Below, in pieces: positions 13,525 to 27,237 of a DNA stretch of 64,000 nt. The DNA lies in the NCBI RefSeq assembly GCF_006345805.1, contig NC_043020.1, positions 5,456,001 through 5,520,000 of the forward strand, read 5' to 3'. Numbering within the stretch: position 1 is the stretch's first letter; every line of letters starts with the position of its first letter. The position numbers and the translations under genes were made by a program. The notes beneath the pieces are model-generated. The model did not search any database. It was not told where the DNA came from and saw only the letters and a list, made by a program, of their open reading frames with translations. The stretch comes from Octopus sinensis. Lineage: Eukaryota.

Positions 13525-13803
13525 TATGAAACTTTCAGAGATGTTTGTCCTAGTGACTGACACGAACTGATTAGATTTTGGGATTGATCCGGTACCGGAC
13601 AAGGATTCTGGATTAATTTTTTTCCTGTTTTTTTTTTTTACTTAATTTTTGAGATAGTGGTTGGGTTCAATTTTAGTATTCTTGTTTGTGAGAGCAGTTG
13701 AGTTTATTTCAGATACTCTCATTTTAAAAACCAACTCTGGCTAATCATTGAGAGGACGTTGGTGTTGCCTTGGCGGAGGTTTGTGCTCTCTGAGTGCTCT
13801 TGT
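13525..13803 (+). mobile_element. Possible Helentron/HINE-type non-autonomous element 3' part
   Basis: Ends GCCTTGGCGGAGGTTTGTGCTCTCTGAGTGCTCTTGTT (subterminal repeat-like block plus short hairpin before TT); 5' end not seen; assignment from recall. Confidence 0.4.
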
Positions 13804-13824
13804 TATTATTATTATTATTATTAT

Positions 13825-13868
<44 letters not shown>

Positions 13869-13870
13869 TG

Positions 13871-14208
13871 AAGGCACATGGCTCACTGGTTAGAGTGTCG
13901 AGCTTACGATCGTGAGGTTGTGAGTTCGAATCCCGGACCGGGCAACATGTCGTGTTCTTGAGCAAGGCATTTTATTTCACGTTGCTTCAGTTCACTCAGC
14001 TGTAGAAATGAGCTGCGACGTCACAGGTCCCGAGCTGTATCGGCCCCTTTGCTTTTCCCTTGGATAACACTGGTGGCGTAGAGAGGGGAGGCCGGCATGC
14101 ATGGGCGACTGCTGGTCTTCCATAAACAACCTTGACCAGACTTGTGCCTGGGAGGATAACTTTCTAGGCGCAATCCCATGGTCAGTCATGACCGAAGGGG
14201 GTCTCAGC
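13871..14208 (+). mobile_element. SINE family D (tRNA-like head, CORE-like GTGTTCTTGAGCAAG block), full length
   Basis: GGCACATGGCTCACTGGTTAGAGTGTCG...GAGTTCGAATCCCGG; truncated relatives at 46646, 53165, 54410. Confidence 0.85.
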
Positions 14209-14217
14209 AACTCAGCA

Positions 14218-14255
<38 letters not shown>

Positions 14256-14305
14256 CATTATTATTATTATTATTACTATTATTATTATTATTATCATTAT
14301 TATTA

Positions 14306-14357
<52 letters not shown>

Positions 14358-14380
14358 CATCATATTTATTATTATTATTA

Positions 14381-14433
<53 letters not shown>

Positions 14434-14477
14434 CATCATATTTATTATTATTATCATCATATTTATTATTATTATTA

Positions 14478-14515
<38 letters not shown>

Positions 14516-14659
14516 GTTGTTATTATATTATTATTATTATCATTATTATTATTATTATTATTATTATTGTTGTTATTTATATTATTATTATTATTATTAT
14601 TATATCATTATTATTATTATTATTATTATTATTTATTATTATTATTATTATTATCATCA

Positions 14660-14705
<46 letters not shown>

Positions 14706-14777
14706 CATCATCATATTTATTACTATTATTATTATTATCATTATTATTATTATTATTATTATTATTGTTGTTATTTA

Positions 14778-14855
<78 letters not shown>
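14218..14855. repeat. ~640-bp (ATT)n tract with ATC/GTT interruptions
   Basis: Direct reading. Confidence 0.97.
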
Positions 14856-15309
14856 GTAAAGAAAATATTTTTAATATCAAAACAAAAAAAGGAAAATATC
14901 ATTGATACTGACTGATCGAAAACGTAACGTTAATTAAATTCTTCATTTGTTAATTATAAGCATCTCAACTCTTTTTCTTCATTTTCCACCGTGGTTCATG
15001 GCCCAATTAATAAAAATCAATCAGCTGCTATGTAGAATAATAAAAGCAAAATTCATTGGCGCCAAAAGTATCCAATATTAAGTGGTGTTTTGCACAGACT
15101 CAGCGGCGTCAAGTCGCCGGTGCCAAAACATCCTTAACCCTTTTAGAAGAAATGCATCGCCCTAAGACTCTGGCATGTGGAAAATAAAGAGGAGGGGGGG
15201 GGCTTGCTTCTTTTTTTTTTTTTTGTCTTTTTTTCTTCAGATTTACACGCAGTCTTGTTTAAAATCGTGCATTTATTTATAGAAAATTTATTTTTCGATT
15301 TACTTTTAG

Positions 15310-15366
15310 GCAGAAAACCTGTGTCCCATGATACGGAAAAAAGAAAATCTGTTACACATTGCCATG
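15310..15366 (+). CDS. Candidate 57-nt internal exon (AENLCPMIRKKENLLHIAM in phase 0)
   Basis: TTTTTCGATTTACTTTTAG acceptor and ATG|GTAAGT donor; no homology recognised. Confidence 0.3.
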
Positions 15367-15378
15367 GTAAGTAAAAAA

Positions 15379-15467
<89 letters not shown>

Positions 15468-15784
15468 GTTTGACTTTTGCTTTACATTTGCACAAGTTGG
15501 CTCCAAGTCTCACCCAGAGACCTCAAGAGACAAGTTCATGTTGGTATTATGCCTAGGGTGCCTATGTTTGGTTTTGTACTTAGTGTTGTACTAGTGAATG
15601 CCTAAAAAACCATACGAAAATTATGTTTGTTTTAAAACTTGAGATTACAAAGAAAGTATTTAGCGTAGAATATGAGCAGTTACCATGAGCACTATCTTTG
15701 GAATTTCTGCCATTTGGGGGTTTCCTGGTATCTGAGTTAAGTAGCAATCAGCCCCTTTTGCTATCATTCCCAGGGCAAAATTAC

Positions 15785-15832
<48 letters not shown>

Positions 15833-15850
15833 ATTTTTTTATTATTATTG

Positions 15851-16075
15851 AGTGAGAGAGCAGTGCATGTCAACAAAGTTACACTGGGGTTAAAATATAC
15901 AAACCTCAGTTTACTCTTCATGAATACCCGTCTGATAAGGGTACACCAGGCGCATGCATTACAACCATATCTGCGCAACATGGTGATCTCATATAACGAT
16001 AAACATCGCATGACCTTGCAGGTGGGGCCCAGTTAGAATTTTTCTTCAGGTCGAGTAGCCCATCCCACTCAAAAG
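15851..16075 (-). mobile_element. Retroposon-like family H, 5'-truncated
   Basis: Homologous to 44893-45299; abuts a (TAA)n tail on its own strand. Confidence 0.75.
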
Positions 16076-16554
16076 ATTGACCATCCAACAGCTAGGAATG
16101 AAATACATCTGATTACTGACAGTGAGGGGTGCCAAGTTCCCGTTAGAGCTTCCTTCTAGGAGAAAGTAAACTTATATAAAAAAATATAAAAACTTCAGTA
16201 GGTTTTTGGTCGTTTCAAGTGCAGTAGGTGTCTGGTCGTTTCAAGTTCTGTTGTGCCACTAAGTTTATAGCTGATTGTACTAAAAGTGGGGTTTCGTATT
16301 GTACGACATTTAAGTCACTCAAAATAATTTGCGCACAGGAACGATTTGGACTCTTGGGTTTAGGGTGTGGAGTCACGCAGTCACGAGTCGACTTCCACCA
16401 TGTATGTATGTATGTATGTATGTATGTATGTATGTATGTATGTATGTATGTATGTTTGTATGTGTGTATGTGTGTGTGTATGTATGTATGTGTGTATGTG
16501 TGTATGTATGTATGTAGTGAATCCAAACAAAGAAGAACAAACAAAAAAAAAGCA

Positions 16555-16712
16555 ATGAGGCGAGGACGTGGTACAAGTAATGTATTATCAGACGCTCAGG
16601 AAAGGAAGGAAAGAGGATTTAACGTTTCGAGCAAAGCTCTTCTTCAGAAATAGAGTTAAGTCCAAAGGAAGGGAAGACGGAGGAAGAAAATCGCCAACGA
16701 TACACACGTGGT
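16555..16712 (-). mobile_element. Short Penelope-like element with best-formed hammerhead motif (16617-16651)
   Basis: Minus strand ATTT CTGAAGA A GAGC-TTT-GCTC GAAAC GTT AAAT; flanks homologous to 51210-51410. Confidence 0.75.
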
Positions 16713-16723
16713 TATATTCTGAA

Positions 16724-16756
<33 letters not shown>

Positions 16757-16808
16757 TGTATGTATGTATGTATTTATGTATGTATGTATGTACGTATGTA
16801 TGTATGTA

Positions 16809-17044
16809 CAGGGTGTTCAAAAAGTCTCTCGGCAGTGAATTTTTTTCATCCAGCGCATCATCATGGCGCTACTTCAAGAGTTTTTTCGGTAAACGGATTA
16901 TTTTGAAGGGACTTTGGCCACCAAGATCGCCTGATTCAATACCGCCAGATTTTTTTTTTCTGGGGAGCAAATAAAGGATCAGTGTACAAGAATCACCCGA
17001 AAACCATTAAATACTTACTACGAAGAGACTTTTTGGACACCCTA
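16809..17044 (+). mobile_element. Internally deleted Tc1/mariner element (MITE-sized)
   Basis: TIRs CAGGGTGTTCAAAAAGTCTCT / AGAGACTTTTTGGACACCCTA, TA on the left; internal remnant LWPPRSPDSIPPDFFF resembles transposase WPPRSPDLxPxDFFLWG. Confidence 0.85.
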
Positions 17045-17462
17045 TGTGTATGTATGTCTTTGTATATGTAAGCATACATGTATGTGTTTGTGTATATGCA
17101 TGTGTACGCATATATGTAAGTATGTACGTAGGTATATATCTATGTGTGTATGTGTGTTTATATATATACACACACACTGCAGAATCCAGGAAACCGGTCT
17201 CATCCATTTGTGTATATATATATATATATATATATATAAGCCTATACTATATAGATATTATGTCTAAACTGTGTGTGTGTGTGTGTGTGTTTACGCATGC
17301 GCATTCATTATACCTTCAGGGTAATTAAAAAGCAGCAATTTTCTTGAAGCAAACAAAAAAGTCCTTATCTATCAAGTCTGCGAAGAAAAGTTATATAATT
17401 TTTTTTTTTTTCACTTTTCCTTACATTCTATTATTATCATTATTATTATCATTATCATTATT

Positions 17463-17506
<44 letters not shown>

Positions 17507-17563
17507 TATTATTATTATCATTATTATTATTATTATTATTGTTGTTGTTGTTGTTGTTGTTGT

Positions 17564-17756
17564 TAATATTTTCTCATTGTTTTCGGCTTTCATTTTAAAA
17601 TTTTGTGAATCTTGAGGTTTTTCTTCGATTTTCTTAGTGGTTTTTTTTTTGTATTTTTTTGTATTTGCTGAGCTCTTTTTGTTTTTTTTTTATTTTTAAC
17701 TTTTTGTAGAAAAATTTCATAATAGAATCAAATAGAATAGAACAGAATAGAGGAGA

Positions 17757-17828
<72 letters not shown>

Positions 17829-18260
17829 GGGGGGGGGAGAAAAGAGAATAAGCTGATATAGAAATATAATAGAATGATAGAATAATGGAATCGTAGAATA
17901 AGAATAGAACAGAATATAATAGAAGAAATAACAACAAAAACAAGAATTTTTTTTTTTTAATATTATAAGAATAAACAAGAGACAAACAACAACAACAGCA
18001 ACATTGCTTTGGCTTGGTGTTGTTGTTGTTGTTGTTGTTAATATTTTCTCATTGTTTTCGGCTTTCATTTTAAAATTTTGTGAATCTTGAGGTTTTTCTT
18101 CGATTTTCTTAGTGGTTTTTTTTTTTGTATTTTTTTGTATTTGCTGAGCTCTTTTTGTTTTTTTTTTATTTTTAACTTTTTGTAGAAAAATTTCATAATA
18201 GAATCAATAGAATAGAACAGAATAGAGGAGAGAGAGAGAGAGACAGAGAGAGAGAGAGAC

Positions 18261-18302
<42 letters not shown>

Positions 18303-18509
18303 AGTGGGGGAGGGGGAGAAAAGAGAATAAGCTGATATAGAAATATAATAGAATGATAGAATAATGGAATCGTAGAATAAGAATAGAACAGAATATAATA
18401 GAAGAAATAACAACAAAAACAAGAATTTTTTTTTTTTAATATTATAAGAATAAACAAGAGACAAACAACAACAACAGCAACATTGCTTTGGCTTGGTGTT
18501 GTTGTTGTT

Positions 18510-18515
<6 letters not shown>
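17564..18515. repeat. Tandem duplication, period ~475 bp
   Basis: TAATATTTTCTCATTG at 17564 and 18039; copies differ mainly in homopolymer and (GA)n length. Confidence 0.9.
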
Positions 18516-18540
<25 letters not shown>

Positions 18541-18639
18541 TCTTTTACATTGTTTTTTTAAAATTTTTTTCTTTGTTTTTTTTTTTCATTAGGAACATAA
18601 TTTTCAGTAGTGTACTTTAGAGTACTCGGTTGTAGATTA

Positions 18640-19875
18640 GTGGTGTTTATTAGAGGAGGTGGAGGTGGGGAGAGGGGGGGGAAAAGTGGATGAGGCGGGG
18701 GGGGGGAAAGGAAGAGGAGGCCGAAGAGGATTGACGGCGAAGAGGAGGAGGAGGAGGAAGAAGGAGGCAGGGGTTGATGTATGCTGGTCGTACTGAAAGG
18801 GCGGAGGCGGCGGCGGAGATGATGGTGGTGGTGACGGTGTTTGTGGTTTGAGGTGCTGGTGGTTCGTTATGATAGTGGTGGTGGTAGCGGTAGTGGTGGT
18901 AGCTTGTGAGAGAAGGTGGTGGATGTGGTGATTGTGATGATCGTGATAGCGGCGGCGGTGGTGGTGATGGTGGCTTGCAGAAGGTGGTGGTAGTAGTGGT
19001 GGCAGTGGTCGTGGTGGTGATGGTGGCTTGCAGAAGGTGGTGGTCGTGGCAGTGGTGGTCGTGGTCGTAGTGGCAACGGCGGCGGCGGCGGCGGCGGTGG
19101 TGGTGGTGATGGTGGCTTGTGGAAGATGGTGGTGTGTTGTTGGTGGTAGACATGGTGGTGGTGGTGGTGGTGGTGTTGTGTTGCTGAACAATTCAAACAA
19201 ACAACATGTGTACGATAAAGATAAGTGAACGTAGTCGAAGATTATTTAATGAAGAGGTGTACGTACGATGAGAGGGAGAGGAAGGGGAGGGATGAGAGGA
19301 AAAGGTGGTGGTGGTGGATGGTGATGGAGAGGGAGGAGAGAGGGAGAGAGTGAAGGGGGCGGATGAAGCGAAATGATAGGGAGGAAAGCGGGAGGGAGAG
19401 GAGGAGCAGGAGGAGAGAGGAAAAGTGAAGGGGAGATAATAAGGGAGAGAGAGAGAGACAAGGGGAGATAATGAAGAAGAGAATGAGGGAGAGGAGGAGA
19501 GAGACAGGGGAGATGGGGATGGGGAGTAACAAGGAGGAAAAGGGGGAGAAAGTGAGGAGAGAGGGAGAGAAAGGCAGATGATGAGGGAGAGAGCGAGAAA
19601 CGAGGGAGAGAAAGAGAGAAAGAAATTTGGGAAGGAGACAGACAGACAGACAGATACAGATGGAGTGAGAAACGGAGGAGTAACAGAGAAAGAGAGAAAG
19701 AGAGAGAGAGAGAGACGGAGAGGGTTGAAAGGATAAGAGAGAAAGAGATAGAAGAAAGTGAGAGGGAGACAGCAAAGAGAGAGAGGGACTCGCGCGGGGG
19801 GAGGGGTGGAAGGATAGATGAGACACGGAGTGACAAGGAAGAAGAGAAGAATAGAGTAAAAGAGAGGGAAGGAGG
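18640..19875. repeat. G-rich/purine-rich low-complexity domain
   Basis: GGT, GGC, GGA and GA repeats with strong strand asymmetry. Confidence 0.85.
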
Positions 19876-20015
19876 TGGTAGAGAAAGAAAAAAAACTTTT
19901 CTTCTCCTCAGACCGTCGTCATAATCATCATCATCATCACTATGATCATTGTAATCGCCATCATCATCATCATCATCATCATCGTTATTACTTTACCTTC
20001 TTTTTCTTTTTCATA

Positions 20016-20065
<50 letters not shown>

Positions 20066-20323
20066 GTATTGTTCTTCTTTCATTCTTCTCTTCGCCGGTT
20101 TTTTTTTTTTCATTTTCTTTCCCCTTTCCTTCTTCTCTTATCTTAAAAATTCTTTTGTTTTCTTCGTCTTCTTTTGTCTATTGTCTTTTTTTCTTATCGA
20201 TAATTTTTTAATATCCTCCTCTCCTCTTTCCTCTTTTCCTTCTTCTATTACTACCACAACTGCTTTTTCTTTTGCTCTTCCTACTGCTTTTTCTTCGACC
20301 TTTCTTGTTTTTAAATTAAAAGT

Positions 20324-20403
<80 letters not shown>

Positions 20404-21625
20404 CGTTCTCTCTTTCTGTTACTGCTTTCTGTTTCTTGTTGTTCTCATTTTAGCAAAAATATAACAGAAAACGTGATTGAAAAAATTTAACATAATAATA
20501 AAAAAAAAAAGCCCCACTTCTCTCCAGGCGGTGCTCTAGCAAGACCTGACTCATTAATAGGTAGAAAGAAATCAAAAGAGCAGAATTTTCTGAAGTTGTG
20601 CAAGAATTGGTCACAAACAACACACACACACACACCTACACACGTAAATGTACACGTACTTTCATTCATCAGTGTGAACACGCTTATCCACAAGCGTTCA
20701 CATTCGCATACATATACAGTATACACACATATATATGCATATACATCTACATACATATGTGTTTGTGTATATATGTACGTATGTGTATGTATATGTATGA
20801 GTGTACGCAATCTTCATACACCAAGAGGGCCTAGCCCTCTATAAGAAACACTAAACTAGCGTAAACAACATACGCGTTTCGGTATGATTTAGTTTCGTCA
20901 GTGAAACATTGTCTGCATTTTGCAAAGACTTCGTTTATCTGATAATATTGGAGGCACATCCTTCACATGGTTTTTGGGTCTTAATCGTCGCTCGAACGAG
21001 TTTAATCTTAGTTAATTCAAGAGTTTAATCTCCGATAATTCAAAATTATAATCCAAGTCAATTCAAGGTTTTTCAACTTACTACTTTTACCCCTGTAAGA
21101 AAACAAATTCCTGTCAGACATCTCCTTTCCATTTATATTGCATTCAGAGGTCTATTACACAATCCATCATGTGGTTGTTTAACATTATACTGTAATTTGA
21201 GATAGATCGAACTATGGCTATTGTTTTCAGCATGGCCACTGGACACATAGGGAATCATTCGTTCCTGATCTGGGTAACAATGTGCATATAAGTAACAATA
21301 GTAGTTATACAAAATATAGTATAGTTACTGCACAAGATGCACATATGAATCGCGTTGTTAGCATTTATACACACAAAGAGTTAATGAAACGTGCGTAAGC
21401 ATATGTGATTAATTATTTTGTATATATATATATATTATATATATACACATATACATATATATATACATACATACGTACACACACACATATATATATATAT
21501 ATACATATATATATACATACATACATATATACATATATATATATGTCTATATATATATATACACATACACATTATATGTATATTTTTATGTATGTATGTG
21601 TGTATGTATGTATTTATAGATACAC

Positions 21626-21684
<59 letters not shown>

Positions 21685-21768
21685 GAGCTAGATAGAGACT
21701 AACAGACAGACAGACAGACAAACGAACGGACGGACGAACAGACAGACAGACAGACAGACGGACAGACG

Positions 21769-21815
<47 letters not shown>

Positions 21816-22367
21816 TAGACGGATGGATGGATGGATAGATAGATGTGCCACTATTACACAGTGTTCGCCCAAGTGTACATACCACATAAGCGTGTGTATG
21901 TATGGTATGTATTAGTGGCGGGAGTGATGAGTGTGTATGTATGTGTGTGCGTGTGAGTGTGCGTGCGTGTGTGGTCGCGCGCGCGCGCGTGTGCATGCGC
22001 GCGCAGCTTATGGTGTTTAACTCGTGACATTTAAAAGAGTTGTGTCTAATTCATAATCTCGACCGGAGTACAAAGTACAGCATTAATTGAGGAAGGTGTA
22101 CTGGGGTGGTGCCTGTGTGTGCGTGTGTGTGTGTGTCCATGTCTATACTCGGCAGTGGCTGTGTATGTGTTTGTGTGTGTATGTGTATGTGTGTGTGTGT
22201 GTGCGTGCGCGCGAGGGCTAGGCTTTGTGGTTTAATAATGTCACTTCAAGATCCACTAACACACATCGCTCAAATGTTTGAACGTCTGTGTGTAATATTG
22301 CATGGTTATCCATCCATGACCACCTACATGCACCATTATATATATATATAATCATATATATATATAT

Positions 22368-22762
22368 ACTCTTTTACTCTTTTACTTGTTTCAGTCATTT
22401 GACTGCGGCTATGCTGGAGCACCGCCTTTAGTCGAGCAAATCGACCCCCGGGACTTATTCTTTTGTAAGCCCAGTACGGTCTCTTTTGCCGAACCGCTAA
22501 GTTACGGGGACGTAAACACATCAGCATCGGTTGTCAAGCAATGCTAGGGGGACAAACACAGACACACAAACATATACACACACATACATATATATATATA
22601 CATATATACGACATGCTTCTTTCAGTTTCCGTCTACCAAATCCACTCACAAGGCTTTGGTCGGCCCGGGGCTATAGCAGAAGACACTTGCCCAAGATGCC
22701 ATACAGTGGGACTGAACCCGGAACCATGTGGTTGGTCGGCAAGCTACTTACCACACAGCCAC
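22368..22762 (-). mobile_element. SINE family C, near full length
   Basis: Reverse complement of 6310-6709. Confidence 0.88.
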
Positions 22763-23138
22763 ATGTGTATGTGTGTATGTGTACAAATAATACTTGCTTT
22801 TATGTATGTATGTATGTATGTGTTAGTATGTGTGTGTGTATGTATATATATATATATAGACACACACACACATATATATAGGCACAAACATATACACAAA
22901 CACATACACATAGACACTTATACAAACACACAAACATACATATGTATATTACTCTCACATGTACGTATATCCGTTCATGCACACACATACATACATACAC
23001 ACACACACACATACATACACACATACACACACACACATACATACACACATACACATACACACACATACATACATACACACACACATACATACACACACAC
23101 ATACACACACACACATACATACACACACATACATACAT

Positions 23139-23169
<31 letters not shown>

Positions 23170-23659
23170 ACAGAAACTCGTCGAGGATCTGTCGTCTATT
23201 CATGGCAGGTTAACTCTCCGCGCGACACCTGATACGGGTCTCTCAAAAGTTCCCGCCAACAACCTCACCCTTGGCCTAATTGCTGCAACATAAAACGAAG
23301 TGCAGTTACACCCTTAGTCATTAAACACCACCAATACACAACCCTACCCCGAGATCGAACTCAAAAGGCATGTGTTGATAGACCATTGATGCTTTTATCC
23401 TCGCTGTGAAATGTGCGATCGTCAATGAACTTGAAACGACGAGTGTAGAGAAGAGAGAGAAGAGGATGGGTGATAATAACCGTGATGACTTATTAGAAGG
23501 ATTAAGAGGATTAGGGTGATCTCTGATTAATCGCTGATTATCTAACATAATGCATGTGTGTGGTGTGTGTGGCTTTCAATGGCTTAGTCGATGTCAAGAG
23601 GTAAAGGAACTAGAGGTCTTAATGTCACAAGCGACCTTCTGAAGGGCTATGTACGTATA

Positions 23660-23876
23660 CGAGGGGCTCTGAAATGTTCCTGGTTTGGGGGTGAAAGAAA
23701 ACACTAAAGGATCACTTAATTATGATATTATTCAACATCTTCCCCTCTCGGATTCACACAATTATTGCAGTGGTCCTTCAGTTTTTCCAAGCCCTGTAAA
23801 AGAAGTCGGAAGGTTGGGCCTCCAACCAGGCCTTTCTCGGTACCCCTAAAGCCAGGAACTTTTCAGCACCCCCTCA
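23660..23876 (+). mobile_element. Mariner-type MITE
   Basis: TA|CGAGGGGCTCTGAAATGTTCCTGG ... CCAGGAACTTTTCAGCACCCCCTCA|TA; second copy at 38627-38842. Confidence 0.85.
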
Positions 23877-23922
23877 TATGTCTGAAAGTTTATGTAAGGC
23901 AATCAGAAGGTGCACAGCTTTT

Positions 23923-24357
23923 AACCTGTTTGTCTGTCCTTGTTTGTCCTCTCTGTGTTTAGCCCTTTGTGGGTAGTAAAGAAATAGGCATTTCGTCTGC
24001 CGTTACATTCTGAGTTCAAATTCCACCGAGGTCGACTTTGCCTTTCATCCTTTCGGGGTCGATAAAATTAAGTACCAGTTACGCACTGGGGTCGATATAA
24101 TCGACTTAATCCCTTTGCCTGTCCTTGTTTGTCCTCTCTGTGTTTAGCCCCTTGTGGGTAGTAAAGAAATAGATATTTCGTCTGCCGTTACGTTCTGAGT
24201 TCAAATTCCACCGAGGTCAACTTTGCCTTTCATCCTTTCGGGGTTGATAAATTAAGTACCAGTTACGCACTGGGGTCGATACAATCGACTTAATCCCTTT
24301 GTCTGTCCTTGTTTGTCCCCTCTATGTTTAGCCCCCTGTGGGCAATAAAGAAATAAA
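23923..24357 (+). mobile_element. Headless SINE family A concatemer (~2.3 units)
   Basis: Body units joined at AAAGAAATAG(G/A)...TTTCGTCTGCC. Confidence 0.88.
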
Positions 24358-25305
24358 TATTATTCAAAACATATTTATTTCCTCAAATATTCGTGAATTT
24401 TAGAGTCACTAATTTACGTTTCAAAATCGACAAGTGTAAGTACTTGTTACAAATAGCTTCAAAATTGTGCTGCAATGTTCATGATACTTTGGGAAAACTT
24501 TGAGAACGGTGAGAGGAGGGTCTCCTAGCCTATTCAGAAGTGTTGCTAGACAGTGGACTCTGCTAAGGGCATCGAGAACATGGTGTTGATGTTACTTGCA
24601 ATTTATTCTCAGACTATATAGTCCAACAATCCGTTCACCTAGGTGTCAGTAATAAGTATGAGATCAAACAACTGAAATAGCGTCTCCATGTTGATTTGCT
24701 GTTGCTGGCTCGGATGTGCTGTTGCTGTACTCATTTTTGTTGTCCTAGTTGTTGTTGTTGTTGCTGCTGCTACTGCTGCTGCTGTTGTTGTTGTTGTAGT
24801 TGTTGTTGTACTTTTGCGTTTCTGAACTTTACTCAGTTTGAATGATATTTGAGAATCAGTATTTGGAGAGAGAAAGAGACAGAGAGAGATAGAGAGACAG
24901 AGAGAGAGAGAGAGAGACTGAGACAGGCAGACAGATAGACAGACACAGAGACAGACAAAGAGACAGGCAGACAGACAGAGAGACAGAGAGACAGAGAGAC
25001 AGTCAGGCGGACAGAGGGAGAGAGAGAGGACAGAGTGAGAGTCAGAAGAGATAAGGCAGAGAGTGGGAGTAATAAGGGAGAGCGGTGGGAGGAGAAAGAA
25101 GAGAAGAAAAAAGATAGGGAAGGGGGGGGAGAAGGAACATTAGAATTTTGGGAAAAACAAAAAAAAACAAAATGTAAAAACGATAATTAGAGGGAGATGA
25201 GTTAAGTATGTGTATATATATGTGTGTGTGTGTGTATGTGTGTGTGTGTAAATGTGTGTGTGTGTGCGTGTGTGTGTACACATATATACATATATATATA
25301 TATAC

Positions 25306-25357
<52 letters not shown>

Positions 25358-25387
25358 ATGCATGCATGTGTATGAGTAAACATATAT

Positions 25388-25424
<37 letters not shown>

Positions 25425-25465
25425 TGCGCAATTGATTGTGGTATGACAGAGACAGCGAAAGAATC

Positions 25466-25479
25466 GTTACCATGGTAAC
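25466..25479. promoter_or_regulatory. Perfect palindromic X-box (RFX-binding consensus)
   Basis: GTTACCATGGTAAC in non-repetitive, CpG-containing context. Confidence 0.5.
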
Positions 25480-25626
25480 CGACATCTTGCTGATTTTAAA
25501 AATAAAAAACCCAACGGAAGTTGCATCTCAGATGTCGAATATTATATTTCCCAATTGACGATTAAATGACATGATTGTAATTACTCTAATTATTATTACT
25601 ATTATTATTATCATTATCATTATTAC

Positions 25627-25661
<35 letters not shown>

Positions 25662-25867
25662 GGGCGGGAAGAAATGGGCAGAAATATTAGAATGCGGGAT
25701 TAAATGTTCTACAGCATTTCGTTACTTCCTCTTTGCTTTTCTGGGTTTGACATCTCACCAAGGTCAACTTAGCTGATAATCTTTCCGGAATCGATGAAAT
25801 AGCATACCAGTAATGCGCTGAGGGATGGGGGGGGGGCAATTGACTCGACGATACTGTCTTGCTGAAG

Positions 25868-26281
25868 GGCGGCGAGCTGGCAGAAACGTTGCACGCCGGG
25901 CGAAATGCGTAGCCGTATTTCGTCTGTCGTTACGTTCCGAGTTCAAATTCCGGCCGAGGTCGACTTTGCCTTTCATCCGTTCGGGGTCGATAAATTAAGT
26001 ACCGGTTATGCACTGGGGTCGATATAATCGACTTAATCCCTTTGTTTGTCCTTGTTTGTACTCTCTGTGTTTAGCCCCTTGTGGGTAGTAAAGAAATAGG
26101 TATTTCGTCTGCCGTTACGTTCTGAGTTCAAATTCCACCGAGGTCGACTTTGCCTTTCATCCTCTCGGGGTCGATAAATTAAGTACCAGTTACGCCCTGG
26201 GGTCGATATAATCGACTTAATACCTATGTCTGTCCTTGTTTGTCCCATCTGTGTTTAGCCCCTTGTGGGTAGTAAAGAAAC
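25868..26281 (+). mobile_element. SINE family A dimer
   Basis: Head plus two body units. Confidence 0.88.
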
Positions 26282-26524
26282 AGATACTGTCTTGCTCACA
26301 CACACACACACACACAAGTATTGGTGTTCGTGGCTTTCGGATTATGTTATAAGGTCTTGGGTTCGAGAATATTCAGAAATGATAATGATTCTGGTGGACA
26401 ATTGCCGGAGACTGGACCGCTCTGATTTCGTACTTTTGAATGGGTGGAATGGGTCGAAACACTCATACAGTTGCTTCATCACCTGGTGAGGCACAGCAGA
26501 CCCTGTATAAAAACAAGCTGGTAT

Positions 26525-27170
26525 TCCGTCAGTTATGACGACGAAGTTTCCAGTTGATCCGATCAATGGAACAGCCTGCTCGTGAAACTGAAAGTGCAAG
26601 TGGCTGAACACTGCACAGACACGTGTACTCTTAATGTTTGTGGAGGCGCAATGACCCAGTGGTTGGGGCAGCGGACACGCGGTCGTAGGATCGCGGTTTC
26701 GATTCCCAGACCGGCGTTGTGAGTGTTTATTGAGTGAAAACACCTAAAAGCTCCACGAGGCTCCGGCAGGGGATGGTGGTGATCCCTGCTGTACTCTTTC
26801 ACCACAACTTTCTCTCACTCTTACTTCCTGTTTCTGTTGTACCTGTATTTCAAAGGGCCGGCCTTGTCACTCTCTGTGTCACGCTGAATATCCCCGAAAA
26901 CTACGTTAAGGGTACACGTGTCTGTGGAGTGCTCAGCCACTTACACGTTAATTTCACGAGCAGGCGGTTCCGTTGATCGGATCAACCGGAACCCTCATCG
27001 TCGTAACCGACGGAGTGCTTCCTCCATCCACTCTTAATGTAGTTCTCAGGGAGATAGATTCAACGTGACACAGACTGTGATATGGCTGGCCCTTTGAAAT
27101 ACAGGTACAACTCACTTTTGCCAGCTGTATGGACTGGAACAACGTGAGATAAAGTATCTTGCTCAAGGAG
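26525..27170 (-). mobile_element. Older SINE B (minus) interrupted by a younger SINE B (plus, 26638-27029)
   Basis: 11-bp TSD ACTCTTAATGT at 26627-26637 and 27030-27040. Confidence 0.85.
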
Positions 27171-27187
27171 ACAACCTGTCAACAGGA

Positions 27188-27237
<50 letters not shown>

